Assembly (NCBI GenBank): GCA_964431565.1
Contig: CAYSKN010000001.1
Coordinates: 1-46,887 of the forward strand
Reading direction: 5' to 3'
Source: an uncultured Gemmatimonas sp.
GTDB taxonomy: Bacteria; Gemmatimonadota; Gemmatimonadetes; Gemmatimonadales; Gemmatimonadaceae
DNA length: 46,887 bases
Part shown: positions 36,274 to 45,126 of the stretch, piece by piece
Position numbering within the stretch: the first letter of the stretch is position 1
Layout: each line of letters begins with the position of its first letter
Program-made: the position numbers and the translations under genes
Notes under the pieces: generated by a model
Databases searched by the model: none
What the model saw: the letters and a program-made list of their open reading frames with translations, nothing else
Told to the model about the DNA's origin: nothing

Positions 36274-37908
36274 TTACCCGTCGTGAATGCCGTTGCGGAG
36301 GGGAGCTGCGGCCGGCAGTCGTACTTCAAACGTGGCCCCTTGGGACGCTGCAGGCGACGAAGATATGGTTACGTCATTCGGTGTATTGGTGGTGGGCGGG
36401 AGCAGTCTGATACAGCCACCGTGAGCCTCCGCTATGGCCTGTGCAATCGAAAGCCCCAGTCCGGTGCCGGTGCCCGAGCTAATCTTGCGTTCATGGGATT
36501 CGTGCACGAAGCGGTCGAATACTCTCTCTCGAATGGATTCAGGAACGCCGGGTCCTTCGTCGTGCACTCTGAGGATGACATCGTCATCGTCACGATCGAC
36601 GGTAACGCGCACTGTAGTGCCATCGGGCGTGTGCTTGATGGCGTTGTCGAGGAGATTGATCAGGAGCCGGTGGAGCAGACCGGCATCGCCAGTGGTGGTC
36701 GTGTCGGCAGGACCGATATCGGGATCGCGTGCCGTTCCGGTAGCAACGGAGATGTTGTGCGATGATGCGATTGAGCGGACGCTCTTCGCAGCATCGACGG
36801 CCAGTTCGCTCATGTCGACGATCTCACGTGTGGCTATCGTGCCAGCTGCGTCGACGCGTGCGAGAAGGAACAGGTCATCGACGATGCGGGTGAGACGCAC
36901 AGACTCCTGCTGAATGGCGACAAGAGCTTCCCGGTACTCTTCCTCACTGCGCGTGAGACGGCGCAGCGTGACATCGGCTTCGCCGCGAATGATTGCAATG
37001 GGGGTGCGCAATTCATGCGACGCATCGGCCATGAACTGGCGCTGGGTCCTGAAGGCCTGATCCACGTGCTCAAGTAATCCGTTGATGATCTGTGCCAGAC
37101 GTCCAAGTTCGTCGTGAGGATTTGCCACTGGGAGCCGCTCATCAAGATTGGCGGCTGAAATGGATGCTGTTCGGGTGTTGATCTCCTCCAGGGGCGCGAG
37201 GCTGCGCCGCGCAATGGCGAATCCGGCAAGAACCGAGATCATAAGCGTAATTGGGATGGCCAGCAGAAGGATATTGCGCACATTCTTCAGGAGCAGAGCG
37301 TCATCCGTTTCCGACAATAGTGCTGTGATCAGCAGCGTCGGCTCATCCGGATCATCGTATTTCTCCGGAACAACGCGCATGAGCGCCACCCTAGCTGGAC
37401 CGTCCTGCAATATCACGCGTCTCGCCACCACACCGTTGCTGGCCGTCAGAATTCGTGCCATTTCGTCGTCGCGCCCGATCTGCATGTCATCGAGCAGGAC
37501 ATGCACCGGTTCCGGAAGCATGACCTGTTGTCCGGAAGCTTCTTCGATGATGTCACTGGCATTGACCCTATCGGCGGAGATACGGCGTCGTCGTGCAGCC
37601 ATCATCTGAACTGCATCGTCTGTGATGAATATGTCCAGGTTCCCTACCCGCAGCTCACGCAGCACCGCCTGTTCAGTGGCTCCGCGCTCCTCCTCGACTT
37701 CCCCACGCGCAGCGATTGCATGTCGCTCGGCGCGGATGGCGCTCGCAACCACCTGCACAGATCTGATGACCGTGGATATGGAACGCTCCTGAACCACCCT
37801 CTGCAACGTGAACCATCCACCAAGGACGAATACCAGAAGCACCAGCGCGAGCAGCGTGGCATTCCAGAGGGTAAGTGCGTATAGGATCGATATGCGGAAG
37901 TTCCTCAT
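36274..37908 (-). CDS. Sensor histidine kinase (HAMP, HisKA, HATPase)
   Basis: Two TMs, DELGRLA (HAMP), ADASHELRTP, NLLDNAIKH, DEGPG, GTGLGLSIA. Confidence 0.93.
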   Translation of the reverse strand: MRNFRISILYALTLWNATLLALVLLVFVLGGWFTLQRVVQERSISTVIRSVQVVASAIRAERHAIAARGEVEEERGATEQAVLRELRVGNLDIFITDDAVQMMAARRRRISADRVNASDIIEEASGQQVMLPEPVHVLLDDMQIGRDDEMARILTASNGVVARRVILQDGPARVALMRVVPEKYDDPDEPTLLITALLSETDDALLLKNVRNILLLAIPITLMISVLAGFAIARRSLAPLEEINTRTASISAANLDERLPVANPHDELGRLAQIINGLLEHVDQAFRTQRQFMADASHELRTPIAIIRGEADVTLRRLTRSEEEYREALVAIQQESVRLTRIVDDLFLLARVDAAGTIATREIVDMSELAVDAAKSVRSIASSHNISVATGTARDPDIGPADTTTTGDAGLLHRLLINLLDNAIKHTPDGTTVRVTVDRDDDDVILRVHDEGPGVPESIRERVFDRFVHESHERKISSGTGTGLGLSIAQAIAEAHGGCIRLLPPTTNTPNDVTISSSPAASQGATFEVRLPAAAPLRNGIHDG

Positions 37909-37914
37909 GATACG

Positions 37915-38595
37915 TCACGAGGGTGGCGAATCGGTCAGTATGTAACCGGCCCCACGGCGCGTATGGATGAGTGGTGTACTGCTGTCGCGATCGATCTTGC
38001 CTCTCAATCTGTTAACGTAGACCTCGACCGCGTTGGTGAAGGGGTCGTGATTGTCGTCCCAGACATGTGCCACGATATCACCCCGTGAGAGTACGCGTCC
38101 GGCGTTGCGCGCGAGCAGTTCGAGCATGGCGTATTCCTTGGCAGTAAGCCCGATGGATACACCAGCGCGCGTCACAGAATGCGAATGGAGGTCGACTTCG
38201 AGATCTGCCACACGTACTATTGTTGGCAAGATCGTATGTGGCCGGCGCAGCAATGCGCGAAGCCGGGCCAGCAGCTCGCCGAAATCGAATGGCTTGACCA
38301 GATAGTCATCGGCACCGCTGTCGAGCCCGGCAATACGGTCTGCAACGGAGTCCCGGGATGTAAGCATCAGCACCGGAGTGCGAATGCCACGTGCACGGAA
38401 TGTTTCAGCCACCGTGAAACCGTCAATATCAGGAAGCATGATATCCAGCACGATGGCGTCATATGTATTCACCACTGCCTGCGTAATTGCATGTCGTCCG
38501 TGCTCGCATGTATCGACGGCGTAGCCTTCCTCACGCAGGCCGCGCGCAATGAGGCGTGATAGTCTGGGATCGTCTTCAACGACGAGGACACGCAT
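37915..38595 (-). CDS. OmpR/PhoB family response regulator
   Basis: VLVVEDD, LDIMLP, GADDYLVKPF, LTAKEY, VEVYVNRLR, TRRGAGY. Confidence 0.95.
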   Translation of the reverse strand: MRVLVVEDDPRLSRLIARGLREEGYAVDTCEHGRHAITQAVVNTYDAIVLDIMLPDIDGFTVAETFRARGIRTPVLMLTSRDSVADRIAGLDSGADDYLVKPFDFGELLARLRALLRRPHTILPTIVRVADLEVDLHSHSVTRAGVSIGLTAKEYAMLELLARNAGRVLSRGDIVAHVWDDNHDPFTNAVEVYVNRLRGKIDRDSSTPLIHTRRGAGYILTDSPPS

Positions 38596-38688
38596 GACAG
38601 TGGGAGTGAACTGGTTCGTCAGGGCGTGGGTGCACCACCGGTAACATCGTTAATCGCGATGAAAGGTACCTGCTCTTACACTGAGCGC

Positions 38689-38813
38689 GTCACCATCGTT
38701 GCACCAAACCTAGGGGCGGGACCCACAGCAGGTGTACGATGACCACAGGGCGGCGTGTCGGGGTTTCCCGATACGTCGTCTAGTGGTGCATAGAGGTCCC
38801 GTGCCTGCCTGTG
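38689..38813 (+). ncRNA. Candidate structured non-coding RNA (two stems plus pseudoknot), family not recognised
   Basis: Three helices whose G-U pairs all favour the + strand; TACACT (-10-like) at 38677-38682. Both flanking genes are on the - strand. Confidence 0.45.
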
Positions 38814-38835
38814 TCGCTTGGAAAATATCAGAGTC

Positions 38836-39972
38836 TCATGGGTATGGCGCAAATGTGCGCGCCCGTTCGGCCGGGTACTTGCGGAACCAGCTTGCCACCA
38901 GCAGGAACTCCTCAAGGTCGTGCGTGGGTACGTCAATGTCCGTCCTGTCGGAGCTGGCGTAAGTACGCTCGATGAGGGAACGGAAGGATTCATGGTCGGA
39001 GGTCGAGCTGGGTGCAGCGACCTCTGCGCGGACCGTCCCGCGTCTGATCAGGTATATCCATTCGCGACCATCCGTCCCGTGTGTGTGATAACGGAACGTG
39101 AGCCGGTCAACGCTTGCGGCGAAGTGCTGAACGCGGCCATGCAGCCATTGTACCAGAACAAGCCGATCTCTCAGAATACGTGCCCGCTCGAATGACAGCG
39201 CGGCTGAGGCTTCGTCCATGGCAATGGTAAGACGACGCAACGGGATGTCGTTACGGCCTTCCAGGAAGGCACGTACTTCGGCAGCAGCTGCACTGTAGTC
39301 CCCGGCATCGCCGGCACCAATGCATGGACCAGCGCAGGTGCCGAGCTCGTGGCGGAGGCAGACTGGTGTTCGCCTGCGTCTGCCAGACTCTTGCAGACCG
39401 ATCTCTGGTGAATGGCCTGCGAACCAGAGGAGCCTGTCACTTGCCCGATGTCGACTGTTGCAACCCGTGCTGGCTTCGAGCGTGCAATCGCGTAATGACA
39501 TTGCTTCTGCCAGTGCACGAACCGCCTGGCGGAGCTGTCGGACACGACGGAAGGGTCCAAAAAGGGAAACAGCATCCGGATCATCGGAACGCGTCACGAC
39601 TCTCAGCCCAGGAACCGGCCCGCGAGTCAGTGCGACGTAACCTCGGGTGGAGTCGTCCCGAACCATCACAGCATTGAAGGGCGGCCTGTGGATCTTGATC
39701 AGCCTGAGTTCACGAAGCAACGCGCCGAATGGTGTCTTGGCGTACTCCCACTCAATACCGAACGTGTGGTACATGATGCGTGCGGCCTTGTTACGGCGCC
39801 CCTTGGCACGAAAGTAGGAAAGCAGCCGGGTACGCAGGGTGCGCGACTGTCCAACGTAGATCACAGCCCCGGTGGGATCGAGCATGCGGTACACGCCGGA
39901 CCGATTCTCGCATCCGGCACGGACGAGTGCGAGAAGTCGCTTACGATGTGAGACAGTGGACCGCGCCCGCAC
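38836..39972 (-). CDS. UvrC N-terminal-like (Cho-type) GIY-YIG endonuclease with Cys cluster and UVR domain
   Basis: GVYRM..VIYVGQS..LRTRLLSYF, ALLRELRLIK.HRPPFN, C..CLRHELGTCAGPC, MDEASAALSFERARILRDR. No RNase H-like or HhH C-terminal half. Confidence 0.85.
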   Translation of the reverse strand: MRARSTVSHRKRLLALVRAGCENRSGVYRMLDPTGAVIYVGQSRTLRTRLLSYFRAKGRRNKAARIMYHTFGIEWEYAKTPFGALLRELRLIKIHRPPFNAVMVRDDSTRGYVALTRGPVPGLRVVTRSDDPDAVSLFGPFRRVRQLRQAVRALAEAMSLRDCTLEASTGCNSRHRASDRLLWFAGHSPEIGLQESGRRRRTPVCLRHELGTCAGPCIGAGDAGDYSAAAAEVRAFLEGRNDIPLRRLTIAMDEASAALSFERARILRDRLVLVQWLHGRVQHFAASVDRLTFRYHTHGTDGREWIYLIRRGTVRAEVAAPSSTSDHESFRSLIERTYASSDRTDIDVPTHDLEEFLLVASWFRKYPAERARTFAPYP

Positions 39973-40261
39973 GCCGATCAGTTCTCAGGCAGTTTGGGCC
40001 GTACGGCACCGGCAGTTATCGGTTCATCGATTCCGGTCGATGAGGAACAAGGAGAAGTCGGGCTACGGCCGGCCATATCGGAGGATTCAGCTACTGTGCG
40101 CATGGCTGGAAGGTAGCTTGAAACGCAATCAGCGTGATGGTTCGGGTGCGGGGTCGTCCAGTTCATGGAGCCTGTTGGATTCGGTGGTCTCTACTGCCGT
40201 CCTTGCGCACAGGCCATCATAGTTCACTGGCATCCACGATAGTCCACACCAGAGGGTGGAC

Positions 40262-40837
40262 ATGAAACAGGAAGACGGACCCGCGCAACACGAGGTCACG
40301 CTTCTGCTGATCGCCCTGCAGAGCGGATCGGTAGATGCGGCCGATCGCCTTATGCGTGTGGTATACGAAGAATTGCATGCGCTGGCGGAGCACTTCATGC
40401 GGCGTGAGAGGGGGGATCACACCATGCAGCCGACGATGCTGGTTCACGACGCCTATCTGCGGCTGATGGGACAGCGTGATACGTCGTGGCAGAATCGCTC
40501 ACATTTCTTCGGGATTGCCGCTCAGGCGATGCGTCGGATTCTCGTAGACCACGTTCGGCGTTCGCGGGCAGCCAAGCGTGATGGCGGTGAACGAATGACA
40601 CTCGATGAGTCGGTGGCAGTGAGCCCACAGCAATCCGTCGACATCATGGCGCTGGATGAGGCGCTGGGAAAGTTGGCCGCGCTGGATCCACGGCAGGCCC
40701 GGGTGGTGGAGCTGCGCTACTTCGGCGGACTCAGCATTGAACAGACGGCAGAGGTTCTGTCGGTATCGCCGGCAACGGTAAAACGCGACTGGGTGTTTTC
40801 GCGCGCATTCCTTCAGCGTGAACTGGAGCGTGTGTGA
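40262..40837 (+). CDS. ECF sigma factor of the Ser/Thr-kinase-associated type (TIGR02999-like)
   Basis: VTLLL..., VYEELHALA, HTMQPTMLVHDAYLRL, WQNRSHFF..AAQAMRRILVD, VVELRYFGGL, TVKRDW. Confidence 0.92.
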   Translation: MKQEDGPAQHEVTLLLIALQSGSVDAADRLMRVVYEELHALAEHFMRRERGDHTMQPTMLVHDAYLRLMGQRDTSWQNRSHFFGIAAQAMRRILVDHVRRSRAAKRDGGERMTLDESVAVSPQQSVDIMALDEALGKLAALDPRQARVVELRYFGGLSIEQTAEVLSVSPATVKRDWVFSRAFLQRELERV

Positions 40838-43395
40838 GGCACGCGGAAATGAGCAGCCATTGGTTGCAGCGGCTCCGTGTGTTGTTCGATGCTGCCATTG
40901 AGCTCCCCATCGGAGAACGTGAGCAGTACCTGAAGAAGGCATGTCCGGACGAGCCATCCCTGTGCGGGGAGGTCATGGAACTCCTGGCGGTAGTGGAGCG
41001 CGGCGATACCTGGCACAGCCCGGTGGGTGGCGTGCTGGAGGGGGTCGCGCACGGTCTGCAGGATGGGGGAAAACACATCGATGAATCTACTGTGGGCAGC
41101 CGGATTGGTGCCTACGAGATTACGCGGCTGATCGGTGTGGGTGGTATGGGTGCGATCTACGAGGGTGCGCGCGTGGACGATCAGTTTCGTAAGCGGGTTG
41201 CCCTCAAGTTCCTCCGGCGTGGTCGTGAAGGAGACCTTGCAGTTCGGCGGTTTCGCTATGAACGACAGATTCTCGCCAATCTGAACCACCGCAATATTGC
41301 CGCACTTCTGGATGGTGGTGTTACGGACGATGGTCAGCCGTACATCGTCATGGAGTACGTTGAGGGTGAACCACTTACTGACTATGCCAATGGTCACAGG
41401 CTCAGCCTGGTTGAGCGAATGTATCTGTTGAAGCAGGCATGCTCCGCAGTACAGCATGCTCATCAGCACTTTGTAGTTCACCGCGATCTCAAACCGGCGA
41501 ACATACTGGTCACTGCTGATGGCAGCGTGAAGCTGCTGGATTTCGGCATTGCCCGTCTTACACGTGGAGAGGATGGGCTCGACCAGCTTCCAGCAACGCT
41601 CGGCGGACCGCTTGCCTTCACACCTGAGTACGCCAGTCCTGAGCAAGTGCGCGGGATGCCGCCTGCAGCCTCGAGCGATATCTACTCGCTTGGTGTAATC
41701 GCGGCCGAACTTCTCTCCGGGGCCCGCCCGCATTCAATGGAGGGCCTGCTTATTGCTGAGATGCAGCAGATGATAGCGCAGACTCCGCCAGCAGTACCCT
41801 CGACGCAGGTGACGGATGCGATTGCAGACTTGTTCGGAATGCGTGCTTCCCGGCTGCGTCGGGCTCTGACGGGTGATCTGGATGCAATCATCCTGCAGGC
41901 GCTTCGCAAGGAGCCTGAACGACGTTTTGGGTCGGTCGAGCAGTTCGCAGGCGATCTTCAGCGCTGGCTTGATGGCCTTCCGGTGAGCGCGCGTCGCGAC
42001 ACCATCGCATACAGACTCGCGAAGTTCGTTCGTCGCAGACGTGTCGAGGTTGCGGCGCTTACACTGGTCGGTGCGTCGTTGGTTGGCGGTATTGTCGCTA
42101 CATCACGAGAGGCGTCCAGGGCCGATCTAGAACGACGAAAGGTGGAACAGGTGAACAACTTTCTTTCCGGTATGCTTAGCGCCGTTGATCCGGAGCTTGG
42201 TGGACCCAATATCACCATGATCCAGGTGCTTTCGGAGGCGGCGAAGAAGATTGGACAGGAGAACCTTGAACCCGAAGTGGAGGCACAGGTCAGGCATACC
42301 ATTGGCCAGACATACTTCGGGCTCGGCATGTATGATTCCGCCGAGACACATATCCGGAAGGCGTGGGAGCTCAGGCGCGGAATCTACGGGAGTCTTGACC
42401 AGCGTACATCGGCAAGCATGTCGTATGTTGTAGCGCTCGACGAGGCACGGGGTGAGTTTGTCCAGGCCGAGTCACTGTCGAGGGCGCATGTCGATATGCA
42501 GCGACGGATGCCGCGCGGGCAGTACGATGCGACCGAACTTGCAACTGCTCTCGACAATCTTGCCCGTGTGATAGAGCAACAGGGACGGCTGGACGATGCG
42601 CTCAGGGTGAAGCTCGAGGCTCTGGCTTTGCGCAGAACCATCACAGACGATTCGAGCAGTCTGGCTGCGCTGCCGTACACACTCAACAGCATCTCGGTGT
42701 CCTATCTCTACATGGGTGAGTTTGCGAAAGCGGAAACGTTGGTGCTCGAGGCCATCGACGCCGAGTCGAGGGTTCACGGAGATGCCTCATTCAATATGGG
42801 TAATCTCTATCGTTCCTATGCATCGTTGCTGGACGAGGTGGGAGAGAGGGAGCGATCGGACACGCTGATCAGGCGTTCCATAAGAATTCTGGAGAGAACC
42901 GCCGGGCCTGTTCACTATGAGACGTTGCGATCGAAGTCAATGCTGGCGCAGTTGCGCTATTCAGTTGATGACATGCCCGGCACCATTTCCACAGCGCGTG
43001 AAGTGGTCGCGCAGATCGGGCATGGTATGCCGGAGTCGGACGCGTCGGCGGGTTCGGTTCTGCAGGTGCTGGGTCTTGCGCTTGATTCGCTCCGGCAGTT
43101 TGCTGCGGCCGATACGTTCCTTCTGCGGTCACGTACGTTACGACGCAGGTACATGCCGCCGGAGCACTGGGCGGTGGCCAACGCGGATGCGATCTACGGG
43201 TACCATCTGGGCCGCTGGGGGGGAGGCCGCCATCAGGAAGCCGAGCGGCTGATGCGTTCCGCCTACGACAAACTCGTGGAGGCACGTGGAGCAGATGCGT
43301 TGGTCACCAGGCGGATCGCCACACGTCTTGCTGAGCTCTATGAAACCATGGGACGCACTGAAGATGCCAAGGCGTGGCGCACGCGCGGTGACTGA
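40834..43395 (+). CDS. Membrane Ser/Thr protein kinase with extracytoplasmic TPR array
   Basis: IGVGGMGAIY, VALK, HRDLKPAN, DFG, FTPEYASPEQ, a TM and multiple TPR-like repeats. GTGA overlap with the ECF stop. Confidence 0.93.
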   Translation: MRHAEMSSHWLQRLRVLFDAAIELPIGEREQYLKKACPDEPSLCGEVMELLAVVERGDTWHSPVGGVLEGVAHGLQDGGKHIDESTVGSRIGAYEITRLIGVGGMGAIYEGARVDDQFRKRVALKFLRRGREGDLAVRRFRYERQILANLNHRNIAALLDGGVTDDGQPYIVMEYVEGEPLTDYANGHRLSLVERMYLLKQACSAVQHAHQHFVVHRDLKPANILVTADGSVKLLDFGIARLTRGEDGLDQLPATLGGPLAFTPEYASPEQVRGMPPAASSDIYSLGVIAAELLSGARPHSMEGLLIAEMQQMIAQTPPAVPSTQVTDAIADLFGMRASRLRRALTGDLDAIILQALRKEPERRFGSVEQFAGDLQRWLDGLPVSARRDTIAYRLAKFVRRRRVEVAALTLVGASLVGGIVATSREASRADLERRKVEQVNNFLSGMLSAVDPELGGPNITMIQVLSEAAKKIGQENLEPEVEAQVRHTIGQTYFGLGMYDSAETHIRKAWELRRGIYGSLDQRTSASMSYVVALDEARGEFVQAESLSRAHVDMQRRMPRGQYDATELATALDNLARVIEQQGRLDDALRVKLEALALRRTITDDSSSLAALPYTLNSISVSYLYMGEFAKAETLVLEAIDAESRVHGDASFNMGNLYRSYASLLDEVGERERSDTLIRRSIRILERTAGPVHYETLRSKSMLAQLRYSVDDMPGTISTAREVVAQIGHGMPESDASAGSVLQVLGLALDSLRQFAAADTFLLRSRTLRRRYMPPEHWAVANADAIYGYHLGRWGGGRHQEAERLMRSAYDKLVEARGADALVTRRIATRLAELYETMGRTEDAKAWRTRGD

Positions 43396-43457
43396 CTGAG
43401 GGCCGGGATGACTCAGGTTGACGACGCAGCGTACCGGTTCATGATGCGGTGCGGAGC

Positions 43458-43486
43458 GTGATCCGAACGTCTTGCCTGCAACGCGT
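43458..43486 (+). promoter_or_regulatory. Putative ECF promoter GTGATCC-N17-CGCGT
   Basis: Intergenic, 8 nt before ATG 43495. An identical motif with identical spacing lies at 44641-44669 on the minus strand. Confidence 0.65.
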
Positions 43487-43494
43487 GTTCCGGT

Positions 43495-44256
43495 ATGACG
43501 CTCAACACGGATGCGCGGGTACTGGCGGGACTGCGAGTGGATGCCGGCAGTACACCGGGTCATAAGGTCAACGCTGCGATCATCCGCTCGCCCGAGCCCG
43601 ACAATCTCCAGGCAAGTGGTGTACTCGCGGTGGTGGCGGAATGCCGTGGCGGCCCTGGCTCGGATCTTGTAAGCCGGCTACTGGTGGAGACCCTTGTCGG
43701 TCGGTTTCATCGAGAGCATCGTGCAGGCAGACCGTGGCTAGTGCCGGCCATTGATGATGCGTGCAGAGCCATTCGTAGCGTGATGAGCGGGCGAAGCTGC
43801 TTGTCTGGACTGTATCCGAGCTGCGCGGCCCTGTTGTTGCATGGTGGTGTTGCTCACGGTGCGTTCATCGGCGCAGCATCGTTGGTCCTGTTGCGCAGGG
43901 CAGGCAGCGGAGACTGCGATTGCTATCGCCTTTCCGGTGATGGTGCTGCACAGCCACTGGCACATGCAACGGTGGCGGAGTGGCCGCGGCCTGTGGTGGT
44001 TCACGCTGCGGATCGTTTTCTGCTGCACAGCGAGGCATTGCCCGTCCTGCGTGAGGCTCCTGATCAGCCGCGTGCCGACAAGTCATATCCGGAGGAATTC
44101 AAGGGTGTCAGATACCTGGGGTGTATCGATCAACCTCAGGTCGTATGCGATGCGCTTATTGACGGAGTCATGATGATCGAACGAATGAGGGAGGTCAGAA
44201 CGCCACTCGCGGCTGCAATGCTTGCAATCAGCGAGTCTGCAGGTCGCCCTGCATGA
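43495..44256 (+). CDS. Degenerate PP2C/PPM-fold protein lacking catalytic aspartates (pseudophosphatase)
   Basis: Aligns by eye to PP2C motifs: VVADGMGG to VVAECRGG, ASRLAVETL to VSRLLVETL, VGDSRLYLLR to IGAASLVLLR, DRFLLCSDGL to DRFLLHSEAL. NED and DN motifs are absent. Confidence 0.65.
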   Translation: MTLNTDARVLAGLRVDAGSTPGHKVNAAIIRSPEPDNLQASGVLAVVAECRGGPGSDLVSRLLVETLVGRFHREHRAGRPWLVPAIDDACRAIRSVMSGRSCLSGLYPSCAALLLHGGVAHGAFIGAASLVLLRRAGSGDCDCYRLSGDGAAQPLAHATVAEWPRPVVVHAADRFLLHSEALPVLREAPDQPRADKSYPEEFKGVRYLGCIDQPQVVCDALIDGVMMIERMREVRTPLAAAMLAISESAGRPA

Positions 44257-44268
44257 ACGTACGAATCG

Positions 44269-44631
44269 TCAAAGGTCCCTATTGGGCGGTCCCGGCTGGA
44301 CCGGTTCGATTCCGAACTGCATTTCTGGTCCGCCCATGCCGAGCTGTATCACGTCGCCCACCAGCAACGGTCGGCGTCCGAGGATTCGCTCTTTGTTGGC
44401 GAATGTTCCGTTGCGGCTGTCGAGGTCGGTGAGTGTGAACTGATGACTGCCTTGCGGGTCGCGGTCTATTCGTGCATGCACGCGGCTCACGAACTGGTTT
44501 GTTGCGGGATCAAAATGAACGTCCGAATCAGGGTCACGACCCACTGTCACGGTAGTGAACCCGTTCAGGGGAAACCGGTGGATGTGGCCGGTATTGGCCC
44601 CGCTGAGGTGGCGCAGGATGACATGTTCCAT
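44269..44631 (-). CDS. Stand-alone FHA domain protein
   Basis: VGRD, VSRVHARI, DLDSRNGTFAN, GDVIQLG: all phosphothreonine-binding motifs intact. Start is 44631 or 44640. Confidence 0.9.
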   Translation of the reverse strand: MEHVILRHLSGANTGHIHRFPLNGFTTVTVGRDPDSDVHFDPATNQFVSRVHARIDRDPQGSHQFTLTDLDSRNGTFANKERILGRRPLLVGDVIQLGMGGPEMQFGIEPVQPGPPNRDL

Positions 44632-44640
44632 CAGTCCCAT

Positions 44641-44669
44641 ACGCGCAGCCCTGTGATGCCATGGATCAC
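44641..44669 (-). promoter_or_regulatory. Putative ECF promoter GTGATCC-N17-CGCGT
   Basis: Minus strand reads GTGATCC atggcatcacagggctg CGCGT, 9 nt before ATG 44631. Confidence 0.65.
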
Positions 44670-44682
44670 CGGACCCGATGTT

Positions 44683-45114
44683 TCAGTCGCCCGGATCCAT
44701 GTCCACCTGACCGCTGAGGCGACGGGAGATATGCGACCAGTTGACGCCCACCGCGAGCAGAAGCGCGGTGCAGAACAGCAGAACGTGGACGAGTCCGCGG
44801 CCGGACGACGCGCTTACGATGTTGAGGTCCAGCAATACCCATGCGAGTCCACCTGAGATGGCGAGTACTACCAGTGCGCCAGCGAGTCCGATAGATCGAC
44901 GGGTGGCCGTGAGGAAGATGACCCAGCCAGCCAGCAGCACGAGCCCGACGAGGAACTTGATCGACGCCGGACCGGAAGAGGTGCCACCGGCGCGAAGCGG
45001 TGCGATAACCCAGTGATAGTAGGAGAACTGCTCCGGATTGTAGGTCGAGAAGACAAGAATGAGTGCAGCCACCGCACGCGCGATGATGCCACTGCAACCG
45101 GGGGCTTCAGGCAT
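44683..45114 (-). CDS. Small membrane protein (DUF6524-like)
   Basis: LVFSTYNP..FSYYHW, ATRRSIG and GVNWSHISRRLSGQVD motifs; about four TMs. Confidence 0.75.
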   Translation of the reverse strand: MPEAPGCSGIIARAVAALILVFSTYNPEQFSYYHWVIAPLRAGGTSSGPASIKFLVGLVLLAGWVIFLTATRRSIGLAGALVVLAISGGLAWVLLDLNIVSASSGRGLVHVLLFCTALLLAVGVNWSHISRRLSGQVDMDPGD

Positions 45115-45126
45115 GGATGTGGATAG

